DNA of 64,000 nt from Planctomycetota bacterium (GTDB lineage: Bacteria; Planctomycetota; UBA1135; UBA2386): contig JBKAGP010000001.1 in the NCBI GenBank assembly GCA_046290465.1, forward strand, positions 5,280,001 to 5,344,000. The letters are read 5' to 3'. Within the stretch, counting starts at the first letter, position 1; each line of letters begins with the position of its first letter. The notes beneath the pieces were generated by a model. The model was given only the letters and a program-made list of their open reading frames with translations, had not been told where the DNA came from and did no database searches. Below, one piece after another: positions 43,930 through 54,617 of this stretch. Made by a program: the position numbers and the translations under genes.

Positions 43930-46185
43930 ATGGTCGCCGGCGTGAACGAGATGGTGCTGGAGCGGGCGTCGTGGCGCGGGCACGCGCTGGGGGCCGCGGT
44001 CCTGGTGCTGCCGATGTGGCTGTGGGCCTGGTGGCAACTGGTGTTCCTGCCCGAGGACGTGCTGGTCACCAACGTGCTGGTCGACGACGCGCTCTACTTC
44101 GCGCTGCCGGCGCGCCACTGGTGGGAGGGGCACGGCTTCTCGTTCGACGGCGTCGAGCTGACCAACGGCGTGCAGACGCTGTGGGCGCTGGTGTGCATTG
44201 CGCTTGCCGGCGTGTTCTCGGAGCCGCTGTCGATGCTGCGCGCGATGGTCGGCCTGTCGGCGCTGTGCTGGCTGTTGGCTGGCGGCGGCCTGTTCGTGCT
44301 GCTGCGCCGGCGCTCGCTGCTGGCCGGCATGCTGGCCGCCGTCGGCTTCGCCTGGGCGGGCGTGCACGACCGCGTCGCGTTCCAGGGCATGGAGAACGGG
44401 CTGCACGCGCTGGTCGGTGTGCTGGTGCTGTTGGCCGGTGCGCGCGCGATCGGCCGCGCCTGGTCGCGGGGCGCGACCCTGCAGCTCGGCGTCGCGCTGG
44501 CGTTGTTCGGCCTGAGTCGGACCGAGGGCGTGCTGCTCGGTCCGATCGTGGCGGCGCCGATGGTGTTCGGCTGGCTCGGCGCGCCCGGCGGGCCGGGCCG
44601 GCGGCTCGGCACGGCGCTGTGGATGGCGCTGCCCGGCGTGGTCCTGGTCGGTGGTGCCTGCGCGCTGAGCCGGCTGTGGTTCGACAGCTTCCTGCCGATC
44701 AGCGGCAGCGTGAAGCAGTTCTACGAGGCTTCGTGGGGTGCCTACGACGATCCGGGCCACCACGCCGCCGGCCGCGGCGGGCCGTGGCGCATGGCCGCCT
44801 GGCACCTGCAGTTCGCGACCCGGCTGTCGATCGCGCCGCTGCGCGAGCACGTGCCGGCGCTGCTCGCGGACGTGACCCCGCTCGGCCATCGCCCGTTCCG
44901 CAACGCGATCTGGGTGCTGCTCGCAGTGGGCCTGGTGGCTGCCGTGGTGCGCATCGCGCGCGGCGCGCGACGTCGTGAGCCGGGCGAACGCGCGGTGCCG
45001 CCGCTGGCCGTGGTCTGGTGCTTCGTGGCCTACGCGGTCGTGCACGTCGTGCTGGTCGGGCTCACGCTGTCGCACTTCACCAGCTACGCGAAGTGGTACT
45101 TCGCCAGCGAGACGACGGCCGTCTGGCTGGTGCTGGCGCTGCTGGTGCCCGCCTCGTCGCGATGGGGATGGCGTGCCTGCATCGTCGCGGCCGGGTTGCT
45201 GTCGCTGGCCGGTGCGCTCGACGGCGGCAACGTCACGCACGACGTGCGCACCAATCAGTTCAAGCGGGCCGGGCAGTGGCTACAGGAGCACACGCCGCCC
45301 GGCACCGTCGTCGGCGCGCTCAGCTCCGGCCTCGTCGGCTGGTATGCGAGCGACCAGCACGTCGTCAACCTCGACGGCTTGATCAACAACCGTCGCTACC
45401 TCGACGACTTCTTGAAGCGGGACCGGTTCGGCGACTACTTCGCCGATCGCGGCATCACCTGGTTCGCCGACTACCAGCCGATCGCCGGCTGGCAGCACGG
45501 CATCTCGTGGCGCGGCAACGTGCCGGCCGCGCGGCTGGTGCCGCGGCGCTACTGGCGGATGCCGGACGAGCACGCCTACGTGATCTGGCAGATCCTGCCC
45601 GAGGGGTCGACGTTCGCGCTGCTCGGTGACGAAGGACCCGAGGTCCGCGACCGCTACGCCGAACTCGCGGTCGCGGCCGACGTGCACGGCCGCTTTCCGG
45701 TCGTGGCCGACGCCGATCTCGCCGCGGCGCTGGCCGAGCAGCCGCCTCGCTACGTGGCGCGATCGCTGGGCGACGGCGGCGGCAACCGCTGGCACGTGCT
45801 CGCGACCGCGGCCCAGCTCGACCGGATCGCGCTGCGTGCCGACCGCGTGCAGCCCGAACGTGGCGAACGGGTCCCCGCTGCGGCCGGGGTCGACGCGCTC
45901 GGCTACGACCTGCGCGACTTCCGTCGCAAAGAGCAGCGCTACCTGACGGTGACCGTGTTCTGGCTGCGAACCGACGGGGCGCTGGCGGACGCGCCGGAGC
46001 TGCGCGTCGCGGTCGGAGGCGAGTCGAAGGCGGTGGCGCTCGGCAGCACGCTCGGCGCGCGGCCGCTGGATCGCTGCGCCGTCGGCACCGTGGTGCCGGA
46101 GACGTTCGTGCTGGCGTTCGAGGGCGACGAGCCGCCGCGGGTCGGCGTCGGCCGACCCGACGACGTGCGCTGGTTCACGCGTTGA
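43930..46185 (+). CDS. Multi-TM GT-C-like glycosyltransferase with C-terminal soluble domain
   Basis: DDALYF; SFDG..TNG; GMENGL; RTEG; VVNLDGLIN. Confidence 0.7.
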   Translation: MVAGVNEMVLERASWRGHALGAAVLVLPMWLWAWWQLVFLPEDVLVTNVLVDDALYFALPARHWWEGHGFSFDGVELTNGVQTLWALVCIALAGVFSEPLSMLRAMVGLSALCWLLAGGGLFVLLRRRSLLAGMLAAVGFAWAGVHDRVAFQGMENGLHALVGVLVLLAGARAIGRAWSRGATLQLGVALALFGLSRTEGVLLGPIVAAPMVFGWLGAPGGPGRRLGTALWMALPGVVLVGGACALSRLWFDSFLPISGSVKQFYEASWGAYDDPGHHAAGRGGPWRMAAWHLQFATRLSIAPLREHVPALLADVTPLGHRPFRNAIWVLLAVGLVAAVVRIARGARRREPGERAVPPLAVVWCFVAYAVVHVVLVGLTLSHFTSYAKWYFASETTAVWLVLALLVPASSRWGWRACIVAAGLLSLAGALDGGNVTHDVRTNQFKRAGQWLQEHTPPGTVVGALSSGLVGWYASDQHVVNLDGLINNRRYLDDFLKRDRFGDYFADRGITWFADYQPIAGWQHGISWRGNVPAARLVPRRYWRMPDEHAYVIWQILPEGSTFALLGDEGPEVRDRYAELAVAADVHGRFPVVADADLAAALAEQPPRYVARSLGDGGGNRWHVLATAAQLDRIALRADRVQPERGERVPAAAGVDALGYDLRDFRRKEQRYLTVTVFWLRTDGALADAPELRVAVGGESKAVALGSTLGARPLDRCAVGTVVPETFVLAFEGDEPPRVGVGRPDDVRWFTR

Positions 46186-47278
46186 CGAACGCGCCGCAGA
46201 GCTCGGCGATCTTGTGCGCGGCGCGGCCGTCGCCGTACGGGTTCTCGACCTTGGCCATCGCCTGGTAGGCGTCGTCGTCGTCGAGCAGCTGGTTGGCCGC
46301 TGCCACGATCGCATCGCGGTCGGTGCCGACCAGCTTCGCCGCGCCGGCGGTGACGCCTTCGGGCCGTTCGGTGGTCGTGCGCAGCACCAGCACCGGCTTG
46401 CCGAGCGACGGCGCCTCCTCCTGCACGCCGCCCGAATCGGTCAGGATCAGGTCGCAGGCGCGCATCGCCGCGACCATGCGCGGGTAGTCGAGCGGCTCGA
46501 CCAGGTCGATCGCGGCGTGGTCGCCGAGCACGCGGTGGGCGGTGTCGCGCACGTTGGGGTTGGGGTGCACCGGGTAGAGCAGCTGCACGTCGCCGCGGTC
46601 GGCGACCGCGCGCAGCGCCTGGCAGACCGACTCGAACGGCGCGCCGAAGTTCTCGCGGCGGTGCGCGGTGACCAGCACCAGCTTCTTGCCCGCAGGCGGC
46701 GCGAACGGCGCCGCATCGACCCGTTCGGCGGCCCACAGCAGTGCGTCGATCACCGTGTTGCCGGTGACGTGCACGTCGTCGGTCAGGCCTTCCTTCGCGA
46801 GGTTGTCGGCCGAACCCTGGGTCGGCGCGAAGTGCAGCGCAGCCATCCGACCGACCAGCACCCGGTTCATCTCCTCGGGGAACGGGTTGTGCACGTTGCC
46901 CGTGCGCAGGCCGGCCTCGACGTGCCCGAACGGGACCTTGCGGTAGAAGCTCGCCAGCGCGGTGACCATCACCGTGGTCGTGTCGCCCTGCGCCAGCACC
47001 AGGTCCGGCGCCTCGTCGGCGAGCACCGGGTCCATCGCCGCGACCATGCGCGCGGTCAGGTCGGCGAGCGTCTGGTTCTGCCGCATCAGGTCGAGGTCGC
47101 GGTCGGGCTCGATGCCGAAGAACGCGTGGATCTGGTCGAGCATCTGGCGGTGCTGCGCGGTCGCGAGCACGCGCACGTCGGCCCACGGCTGGTCCTTCAG
47201 CGCGTGCACGACCGGGGCCATCTTGACCGCCTCCGGGCGGGTGCCGACGGCGACGAGGATGCGTTTCTGCTGCGTCAT
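46175..47278 (-). CDS. wecB: UDP-N-acetylglucosamine 2-epimerase (non-hydrolysing)
   Basis: GTRPEAVKMAP; QGDTTT; HVEAGLRT; PFPEEMNR; TAHRREN; TDSGGVQEEAPSLG. Confidence 0.96.
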   Translation of the reverse strand: MTQQKRILVAVGTRPEAVKMAPVVHALKDQPWADVRVLATAQHRQMLDQIHAFFGIEPDRDLDLMRQNQTLADLTARMVAAMDPVLADEAPDLVLAQGDTTTVMVTALASFYRKVPFGHVEAGLRTGNVHNPFPEEMNRVLVGRMAALHFAPTQGSADNLAKEGLTDDVHVTGNTVIDALLWAAERVDAAPFAPPAGKKLVLVTAHRRENFGAPFESVCQALRAVADRGDVQLLYPVHPNPNVRDTAHRVLGDHAAIDLVEPLDYPRMVAAMRACDLILTDSGGVQEEAPSLGKPVLVLRTTTERPEGVTAGAAKLVGTDRDAIVAAANQLLDDDDAYQAMAKVENPYGDGRAAHKIAELCGAFVNA

Positions 47279-47324
47279 TCGGCGCGCCACGATGGGGGCA
47301 ACGTGCGGCCGAGGCAAGATCGGG

Positions 47325-49760
47325 TCAGTGCCGGAGCGAGATCTCGCGGATCGCCACCGTGCCGGCGCGACACGTCGCCGACAGGATCGCCTGGCGGGCC
47401 CGCCGCGGCGCGACGACCTCGACGGTGACGCGCCCGGTGCGCTGCCGCAGCGGCGTCACCAGCTGGTGCACGAAGCGGCCGCGGCGGTCGGCCCAGACCA
47501 GCATCAGCTGGCCTTCGCCGTCGGTCGTCGCCGCGTCGACGTCGACCGACAGCAGGTGTTCGCGTTCTGGCGTGATCTCGACCGTCTGGTTGCAGATCGC
47601 GCCTTCGGCGAGCGTCGCGAGGCCCTCGCCGAAGGTGACGTCGGCCGGGGCGTACCAGCGGGTCGGTTGGTCGAACCGCGGGGCCGCGAGCAGCTCTGTC
47701 GGTGCCCGGTGGCGCGGCAGCAGTTCGCGCACGTCGAGGTGCTCGATCCGCCGGACGCTGCGGGTCGCGCCGCGCAGAAGGCTCCGGCGGGCTTCGTCCT
47801 GCCAGGTGTCGGCGAGCACGACGTAGCGCACGTGCCGCGCGCCGAGCAGCGCACCGAACGCGTCGGCGTCCGCGGCGGCCGCGACGGCCGCATCGAAGCG
47901 GTGGTTGTACCAGTTGGGGAACAGCCCCTCCGCGTGCAGGCCGGCGACCATTGGCGCGGCGAAGAACGCGACGTCGTTGCCCTCGGGGTTGATGCCGTTG
48001 AGGGTCTGCACCACGTGGCGCATCGGCAGGTGGTGCGTCACGAACGCGTGGCGCTCGGCCTCGTCGGCAAGCACACGCCACTCGAGCTGGCCGTGGAAGG
48101 TGGCCGACGCGTAGAACGTCAGGTTGAGTCCGACGGCAGCCAGCGCCCCGATCCAGCCGACCGCGCTCGGCAGTCCCGTCGGGCGGGCGGCCAGCGCGCC
48201 GACCGCGGCCGCCGCCATCGCGAAGCTCGGCAGCACGTAGCGCAGGTAGGCGGTCTGGCGGAAGGTCAGGAACGCGATCGCGCCGCACAGCACCAGCAGC
48301 GTCACGCCCCGCCAGTGTCGCGTCAGCGCGAACACCAGCAGGGCCGGTGCGACCGCGAGCAGCCACTGGAAGCCGCCGGCGCCCGGCATGCCTTCGAGGA
48401 AGCGCGACGCGTCGAACGTGATCCGGTAGAGCACGTCCCAGGTCATACCCTTGTCGAACACGACCGGCGCCTCGAAGTTCTCGTGTGGGTAGTGCTCGGA
48501 GCGGAAGATGCCGTTGAAGAACGGGAACACCGGGTTGCCGGTGTAGAGCCACGCGCGCAGGTACGGCAGGCAGCCGATGCCGGCGAACAGCGCCCCACCC
48601 GTCAGCAGGCCGCCGATCGCGTCGGCGCGCAGCCAGCGACGGAACGCGGCGACGAACACCAGCGCCAGCACGGGCAGCGCCATGAACGTCACCGCCTTGG
48701 CGGCCATCGCGCCGCCGAGCAGGGCGCCGGCCAGCAGCAGGTTCTTGTTGGGTGAGCCTTCGGCCGTGGCGAGGCGCAGCGCGGCGAGCGTGCCGCCGAG
48801 CAGCAGCGACGACCAGATCGAGTCGACGAACAGGCTGCTGATCTCGCACATCGTCAGCGGCGTCGAGACCAGCACCAGCACCGCCAGCAGGGCGCTGCGC
48901 GGGCCGGCGCCGGCCCAGCGCGAAAGGGCGTGCACGGTGCGCGCCAGCAGCAGCAGCGCGGCGAAGTTGCACAGCCGGGCTGCGACCTCGCCGTCGAGCA
49001 GCACCGCGAGCGTGTAGAGCCAGTCGCCGAGCATCGGCATCACCGCCCACACGTAGTGCTCGACGTCAAACGGCCAGTGCTGGTGCCAGCGCACGTACTC
49101 GGGCACCAGCAGGTGCATCGCGAGCGCGTCGTGGCCGCGTTCGGGCATCATCGCCACGGCGAACAGCAGCAGCGCGACCGCGCCGATGGCGGCATGCAGC
49201 AGCGCGGTCGCGACCGGCGCTCGCTGCCGTTCGCCGGCCCAGGCCCAGGCCGCCTGCACGGTGCGGCCGGCGTGTCGCCAGCCGAGCAGCAGCGGCAGCA
49301 GCAACAGGCCGGTGGCGGTGCCGCGGTAGTGGATCGGCAGGTGCGCGGTCGCGCCGACGATCGTGCCGAAGACGGCGAGCCCGAGCAGCAGGCTCTCGAA
49401 CCCGTCGGCCTCGAGGCGGCGCGGCAGCAGCAGGCGGCCGGCGCAGCACGCCGACAGGAACAGCGCGACCACGGTGGCGAACGCCGCGAGCTGCCCGCAG
49501 GCCGCGGCCAGCAGCAGCATCGCGCCGGCGGTGGCGGGCAGCACGCCGAGGCGCATGCCACGTCCGGCCCGCAGCACGATCGGCAGCAGCGCGATCAGCA
49601 GCAGCGCGCCGAACAGGATCCCGAGCAGCGGCAGGTGGTCGCCGATCGGCGATGCGCCCGCCGGGATCGCCTGCACGCCGCGCACCGTCAACCAGCCGCC
49701 GCCCGCGACCGCGAGGGCCGCGGCGGTCGCGGCGAGCAGGTTGCTGCGGCGTGCCTCCAT
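47325..49760 (-). CDS. Large multi-TM GT-C-like glycosyltransferase
   Basis: HDALAMHL; TGNPVFPFF; RYVLP; many TM helices; C-terminal periplasmic domain. Confidence 0.7.
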   Translation of the reverse strand: MEARRSNLLAATAAALAVAGGGWLTVRGVQAIPAGASPIGDHLPLLGILFGALLLIALLPIVLRAGRGMRLGVLPATAGAMLLLAAACGQLAAFATVVALFLSACCAGRLLLPRRLEADGFESLLLGLAVFGTIVGATAHLPIHYRGTATGLLLLPLLLGWRHAGRTVQAAWAWAGERQRAPVATALLHAAIGAVALLLFAVAMMPERGHDALAMHLLVPEYVRWHQHWPFDVEHYVWAVMPMLGDWLYTLAVLLDGEVAARLCNFAALLLLARTVHALSRWAGAGPRSALLAVLVLVSTPLTMCEISSLFVDSIWSSLLLGGTLAALRLATAEGSPNKNLLLAGALLGGAMAAKAVTFMALPVLALVFVAAFRRWLRADAIGGLLTGGALFAGIGCLPYLRAWLYTGNPVFPFFNGIFRSEHYPHENFEAPVVFDKGMTWDVLYRITFDASRFLEGMPGAGGFQWLLAVAPALLVFALTRHWRGVTLLVLCGAIAFLTFRQTAYLRYVLPSFAMAAAAVGALAARPTGLPSAVGWIGALAAVGLNLTFYASATFHGQLEWRVLADEAERHAFVTHHLPMRHVVQTLNGINPEGNDVAFFAAPMVAGLHAEGLFPNWYNHRFDAAVAAAADADAFGALLGARHVRYVVLADTWQDEARRSLLRGATRSVRRIEHLDVRELLPRHRAPTELLAAPRFDQPTRWYAPADVTFGEGLATLAEGAICNQTVEITPEREHLLSVDVDAATTDGEGQLMLVWADRRGRFVHQLVTPLRQRTGRVTVEVVAPRRARQAILSATCRAGTVAIREISLRH

Positions 49761-50558
49761 CTACTTGCGCTTCTTCAGCACGACGTAGTGGTGCAGCGCG
49801 GTCCAGCGACCGATCGGCGCCAGCAGCCATTCGATCGCCTTCCAGATCGGGATCGTGAACGACGGCATCAATTGGCGGAAGTTCAGGCCGCCCGACAGCA
49901 GGTAGCGCGGGTAGTTGCGGATCCAGCGCTCCTCGACGATCTCGAGGTCGGGATGGCTGCGCAGGAACCGTTCGCGGTCGCGTCGGAACACGATCCACGA
50001 CAGCGCCTGGTTGGCGTTGTCCATCACGCTCGAATCCGACTCCCACTCGCGCTGGGTCCGGTCGAACGTCTCGCTGTCGAAGATGTCGCGGAAGAACCGC
50101 GCCGCCACCGGGCCGTGGTAGGGCTCGATCAGCACGCAGCCGCCGCCGGGCACCAGCACGCGTTCGAGTTCGCGGAAGAAGCGGTCGGGGTCGTGGAAGT
50201 GGTGGAAGCAGTGGATCCCGAAGATGGCGCGCACGGACGCGTCGGGCAGGTCCATGTCGTGCGCGTCGAGCACCATGTCGAGGTGCTCGGCCGGCATCAC
50301 GTCGGTCGTGACCAGCTCCGGATACAGGTCCTTGAAGCCGCTGACGCCGGCGCCGATCTCGACCTTGCTGCCCTCGCCCTCGAAGTGGCGGGCGTCCAGT
50401 TGCATCAGCTTGTGGTAGGTCTCGTCGAAGACCCCCTTGAGCATCGGCTTGCTTCTGAGGATGCGGCGGTGGGCGGGGATGCGGTCCTCCCCGTCGACGT
50501 CGACGCCCTGCAGCATCGGCTCCTGCAGCCAGTTCCGCGTTGCCTGGAAGAGTCCCAT
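49761..50558 (-). CDS. Class I SAM-dependent methyltransferase
   Basis: VEIGAGVSG; FHHF; RVLVPGG..LIEP; NANQAL; LSGG. Confidence 0.85.
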   Translation of the reverse strand: MGLFQATRNWLQEPMLQGVDVDGEDRIPAHRRILRSKPMLKGVFDETYHKLMQLDARHFEGEGSKVEIGAGVSGFKDLYPELVTTDVMPAEHLDMVLDAHDMDLPDASVRAIFGIHCFHHFHDPDRFFRELERVLVPGGGCVLIEPYHGPVAARFFRDIFDSETFDRTQREWESDSSVMDNANQALSWIVFRRDRERFLRSHPDLEIVEERWIRNYPRYLLSGGLNFRQLMPSFTIPIWKAIEWLLAPIGRWTALHHYVVLKKRK

Positions 50559-50563
50559 TCGAG

Positions 50564-51433
50564 CTATTCGTGTGCCGGTACCAGCGCCCGCTGCACGACC
50601 TCGTCGAGCGTGCGTTCGGGCCGTGTGAACGCCGGATAATCGCTGACGTGCTGGTCTTCGGTGTTGGTCCGGTAGGCCTTCAGGCTCTCCGGGCTCACGC
50701 CGAATCGCAAGCCGAATAGGGCGAGCACGCGCACCGGCGGCAGCAGCACGGAGATCGGAATCGTCAGCATCGCCCGGCGCCTGCCGAGCCCGCGGGCGAT
50801 CGCCTGCAGCAGCGCGCGCAGCGACGGCCGTTCGGCGTAGCAGAGGTTGACCGCGGCGGGGGCGCGGTCCGTCGATGCGATCTCGAGCAGGCTCGCCGCG
50901 AGGTCGTCGCAGTCGATCAGCGGCACCGGCCGGTGGCCGCCGCCGGGCAGCGGCACGACCGGCAGGCGCCGGACCGAGGCGACCATGTCGGCGAACAGGC
51001 CGCCGCGGCCGGTGACCAGTCCCGGGCGCACGATCGTCAGGCCGTCGCCGACGAAGTCCTGCTCCAGCGTGAACTTCATCCGGCCGTAGGCGCTGGCGGC
51101 GTTGGGCACCGCCGAGAACGAGGACAGGAACAGCTGCCGCGGCACGCCCGCGGCCCGCGCCGCGAACAGGGCGGTGCGGGTGCCGGCCACGTTGTCCTGC
51201 TCGGCGTCGCGCGCGGCGCTGTAGGCGGCGTGCACGGCAAGGTCACAGCCGCGCAGGGCGTCCGCCGGCAACGGCCGATCGAGGCTCCACTCGATCGGTT
51301 GCACGCCGTCGAGCGCGGCCGGCAGGCGGTCCGCCGAACGGACCGTGCCGCGCACTTCGTGACCGGCGGCGAGCAGGGTGCGCACCAGCCGCGCGGCGAC
51401 GAAGCCGTTGACCCCGGTGACGAAGACCCTCAT
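50564..51433 (-). CDS. NAD-dependent epimerase/dehydratase (extended SDR)
   Basis: VFVTGVNGFVA; HAA; SS; YGRMK; RPGLV. Confidence 0.85.
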   Translation of the reverse strand: MRVFVTGVNGFVAARLVRTLLAAGHEVRGTVRSADRLPAALDGVQPIEWSLDRPLPADALRGCDLAVHAAYSAARDAEQDNVAGTRTALFAARAAGVPRQLFLSSFSAVPNAASAYGRMKFTLEQDFVGDGLTIVRPGLVTGRGGLFADMVASVRRLPVVPLPGGGHRPVPLIDCDDLAASLLEIASTDRAPAAVNLCYAERPSLRALLQAIARGLGRRRAMLTIPISVLLPPVRVLALFGLRFGVSPESLKAYRTNTEDQHVSDYPAFTRPERTLDEVVQRALVPAHE

Positions 51434-53010
51434 TCGACCAGCCCGTCGCGCACCCGGGCGCCGATGCGACGCGCGTTGGCCATGATGGTCAGCGTCAGGT
51501 TCTTGGAGGGCAGGCTCGGAAACGTCGCCGCGTCGGCGACGAACACCGGACCTTCGCCGCCGAGGCGGCCGTCGGCGTCGGTCTCGAACGGGCCCGGCGA
51601 GCTGCCGCGCATCGGCAGGCAGCCGGCGTAGTGGAAGCTGTTGCCAGCATCCGGGTACTTGCACAGCGACGGCCAGCCGAAGAAGCCGGCGCGCCGGAAC
51701 GCGCGGATCATCCGGCGCTCGAGGCGACCGAGCTGGCGGCCGCGGTAGACCAGACGGGTGCGGCCGTCGTCGAGCAGGCGCACGTGGTTCTCCGGACGCG
51801 CGTGGTCGGGGTAGAACAGCTGCACGACGCTCATCGCCGGCAGCAGATGCTTGAGCATCCGGATGTTGTCGCGCGCCGACAGCGGCAGGTCGAACAGCAG
51901 GTCGTTCCACAGCGTGGCGCTGACGCCGTAGAACGACGCGAAGATCGGCACCGGCTCCAGTTCGTCGCGGCAGACCACGGTCAGCTGCAGCGGCAGCGAC
52001 TCGCGCTCGAGGCCTCTGCCGATCAGGCGCAGGGTGACGAACGGAACGTACGAGATCGGGTTGTCGAGCAGCGGCAGGCGGGTCTCGCCGTCGCCGCGTG
52101 AACGCAGCACGATGCGCGCGGTGTTGAGCGCGCCGGCGGCCAGCACCAGGCGGCGGGCCCGCACGATCTGCACTTCGCCGGTCGCGACGTCGCGCGCGAA
52201 CACGCGCACGCCGTGCTCGTCGGTCTCGAAGCGCTCGACCAGCCGCCCGGTGCGGTGCTCGACGCGACCTTCGCGGACCAGTTCGGCGAGCGTGAACGCG
52301 GGGTTGTAGATCGACGGGATGTGCCCCTGGAAGAACTCGAGTCCCTGGTAGTCGTACGCCGGCCGGCCGCGATGGGCGCAGCTCAGCACCGCCATGCGCG
52401 GCGCGCCGATGTGGATGCCGTGGCGGTGGAAGTGCGCGCGGTGCCGGTCGTAGCGCCGGGCCAGCAGCTGGCCGAGTCGGTTCATCCGGTGCACCGGCTG
52501 GCAGTCGCGGGAGCTGCCGACGAACGGCGCCAGGTCGTCGTCGGTGCCGGTGATGCCGATGTGGCTGGTCAACGCGTCGTAGTGCACGGCGAGGTCGCCG
52601 GCGTCGATCGGGAAGTCGCGCAGCTCGTCGTCGGTGAAGCGATACGCGCCCGCCCCCCAGGCGTTGGCCAGGCCGCCGGTCGCGAAGCTCATCATCGGAT
52701 CGAAGCCGTCGACGTCGACGTTGCCGAGTTCGCGCCAGCGCTCGGTGACGTAGCGCATGCGCGGCCCCTTGAGCTTGGGGCTCAGGTAGTTGCGGTGCAC
52801 GTTGTGCAGGCTCTCGAAGCGTTCGCCGATCAGCGGTGCGAACAGGTCCTCGCCCGACTGCTTGAGGTCGTACTGGTTGCGCTGCAGTTCGCCGCCCTTC
52901 TGTGGTGGCGGCGTGCCGACGTCGAGCACGCAGACGCGCGCCCCGGCGAGCGACTCCGCCGCGAACACGCCGGCCGGGCCGGCGCCGACGACCACCGCGT
53001 CAAACGACAT
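51430..53010 (-). CDS. GMC-family FAD oxidoreductase
   Basis: VVGAGPAG; GGLANAWGA; LAAGALNT; SFHYAG; ADAATFP.LP..NLTLTIMANA. Confidence 0.85.
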   Translation of the reverse strand: MSFDAVVVGAGPAGVFAAESLAGARVCVLDVGTPPPQKGGELQRNQYDLKQSGEDLFAPLIGERFESLHNVHRNYLSPKLKGPRMRYVTERWRELGNVDVDGFDPMMSFATGGLANAWGAGAYRFTDDELRDFPIDAGDLAVHYDALTSHIGITGTDDDLAPFVGSSRDCQPVHRMNRLGQLLARRYDRHRAHFHRHGIHIGAPRMAVLSCAHRGRPAYDYQGLEFFQGHIPSIYNPAFTLAELVREGRVEHRTGRLVERFETDEHGVRVFARDVATGEVQIVRARRLVLAAGALNTARIVLRSRGDGETRLPLLDNPISYVPFVTLRLIGRGLERESLPLQLTVVCRDELEPVPIFASFYGVSATLWNDLLFDLPLSARDNIRMLKHLLPAMSVVQLFYPDHARPENHVRLLDDGRTRLVYRGRQLGRLERRMIRAFRRAGFFGWPSLCKYPDAGNSFHYAGCLPMRGSSPGPFETDADGRLGGEGPVFVADAATFPSLPSKNLTLTIMANARRIGARVRDGLVE

Positions 53011-53425
53011 GGTGCCGGCGGGCCTGGAAGCGACCCTTGAGGAGCTTGAACGCCGATCGGAACGGGGACCAGACCAGCACCGGCAGGCTGCTCCAGAACG
53101 AGCCTTCGTGGCGCACGAAGTGGCGGTAGTAGCGAGCCTCGATCTCGGCCAGGTAGAGCAGCGTGCGCAGCTTCTGCGTCAGTGGATTGGCGGGGTTCCG
53201 TCGACGCGCGTAGAACTCGATGGCTTCGGCGTCGAGCCGTCGCGCGACGATCCGTTCGACGTCGACGCCGCTGCGCAGTTCGAGGTGTTGGTGCGCCGCG
53301 ACGTAGCGGTCGGCGAGACGCTGCTCGATCGGCCCGCCGAACAGGTTGACGTGCAGCCAGTCCGCCTCGGCACGGAGGGATTCGGCGTCCGTGGGGTCAG
53401 CTGCAGCGCGTGGCGAATCGTTCAT
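53000..53425 (-). CDS. Hypothetical protein, first gene of the GMC/SDR/methyltransferase operon
   Basis: 141-aa ORF overlapping the GMC start. Confidence 0.6.
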   Translation of the reverse strand: MNDSPRAAADPTDAESLRAEADWLHVNLFGGPIEQRLADRYVAAHQHLELRSGVDVERIVARRLDAEAIEFYARRRNPANPLTQKLRTLLYLAEIEARYYRHFVRHEGSFWSSLPVLVWSPFRSAFKLLKGRFQARRHHVV

Positions 53426-53507
53426 CCGTAACCGCCCGCATGCTCCAGCATCGTGCGGCGGGAATCACGTTTCTTCCGTTCGGGGGCTCTGCTACCGTGC
53501 CGAACGC

Positions 53508-54599
53508 ATGCAGGACGGACCGGCCAGTGTGACGCAGGATGCCGGCGAAGCGACGGTCGCGCACATCGCGGTGGTCATTCCGATGTATCGCGCCGAGGCG
53601 CACATCGCCGACGTGATCCGCACGATCCCGACGTGGGTGCGCACGATCGTCGTCGTCGACGACTGCAGCCCCGACGACAGCTCGCGCGTCGTCGAAGAGC
53701 TCGCCGACCCGCGCGTCGCGCTGCTGCGGCACGAGCACAACCAGGGGGTCGGCGGCGCGACCCTGACGGGCTACCGCGAGGCCGCGCGACGGGGCGCCAC
53801 CGTGCTGGTCAAGATGGACGCCGACGGCCAGATGGATCCGGCCGGGCTGCCGGCGCTGACCGCGCCGATCCTGCGCGGCGTCGCGGACTACACCAAGGGC
53901 AACCGGTTCCTGCACGTTCGCGAGCTGCGCAGCATGCCGCTGCTGCGCCGCGTCGGGAACCTGGGGCTGTCGTTCATGACCAAGCTCGCGTCGGGCTACT
54001 GGCGCTGCTTCGACCCGACCAACGGCTACACCGCGATCCACGCCCGGGTCGTGTCGCTGCTCGACGAACGGCGGCTCGGCCGCCGCTACTTCTTCGAGAC
54101 CAGCATGCTGTTCGAGCTGGGCCTGCAGCGCGCGGTGGTCCGCGACGTGTTCCTGCCGGCACGCTACGGCGACGAGACCAGCAATCTGTCGGAGTGGAAG
54201 TCGCTGCTCGCGTTCCCGCCGCGACAGCTGCGCGGCTTCGTGCGACGGATCTGGACGCAGTACTTCATGCGCGACTTCGGCCTGATGCCGGTGTTCCTGG
54301 TCAGCGGGGTGCTGGCGACGTTGTTCGGGGTCGTGTTCGGCGCGTGGAACTGGTGGATCAGCTACACGACGGGAGAGCTCGCGACGACCGGCACGGTGAT
54401 GCTGTCGCTGCTGCCGATCATCGTCGGCGTGCAGCTGCTGCTGCAGGCGATCCTGCTCGACGTGCAGAGCGAGCCGCAGGCGCCCCTGCACGTCGACATG
54501 CAGGAGGACTCGCGCGCGTTCGCCAACTTCCTCGCCGACGTCGAGGACGCCCCGGTCCTCGACAAGCACAAGCCAGGCTCCCAGACCCAAGCCGGCTGA
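53508..54599 (+). CDS. GT2 polyprenol-phosphate glycosyltransferase (DPM1/ArnC-like) with C-terminal TM pair
   Basis: VVIPMY; DDCSPD; NQGVGGA; KMDADGQ; KGNRF; DPTNGY; RYGDE.S. Confidence 0.9.
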   Translation: MQDGPASVTQDAGEATVAHIAVVIPMYRAEAHIADVIRTIPTWVRTIVVVDDCSPDDSSRVVEELADPRVALLRHEHNQGVGGATLTGYREAARRGATVLVKMDADGQMDPAGLPALTAPILRGVADYTKGNRFLHVRELRSMPLLRRVGNLGLSFMTKLASGYWRCFDPTNGYTAIHARVVSLLDERRLGRRYFFETSMLFELGLQRAVVRDVFLPARYGDETSNLSEWKSLLAFPPRQLRGFVRRIWTQYFMRDFGLMPVFLVSGVLATLFGVVFGAWNWWISYTTGELATTGTVMLSLLPIIVGVQLLLQAILLDVQSEPQAPLHVDMQEDSRAFANFLADVEDAPVLDKHKPGSQTQAG

Positions 54600-54617
54600 G
54601 TAGCGGTACCGCTACTC
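54598..54617. terminator. Perfect 20-bp palindrome between convergent stop codons, possible bidirectional terminator
   Basis: GAGTAGCGGT/ACCGCTACTC. Confidence 0.45.
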
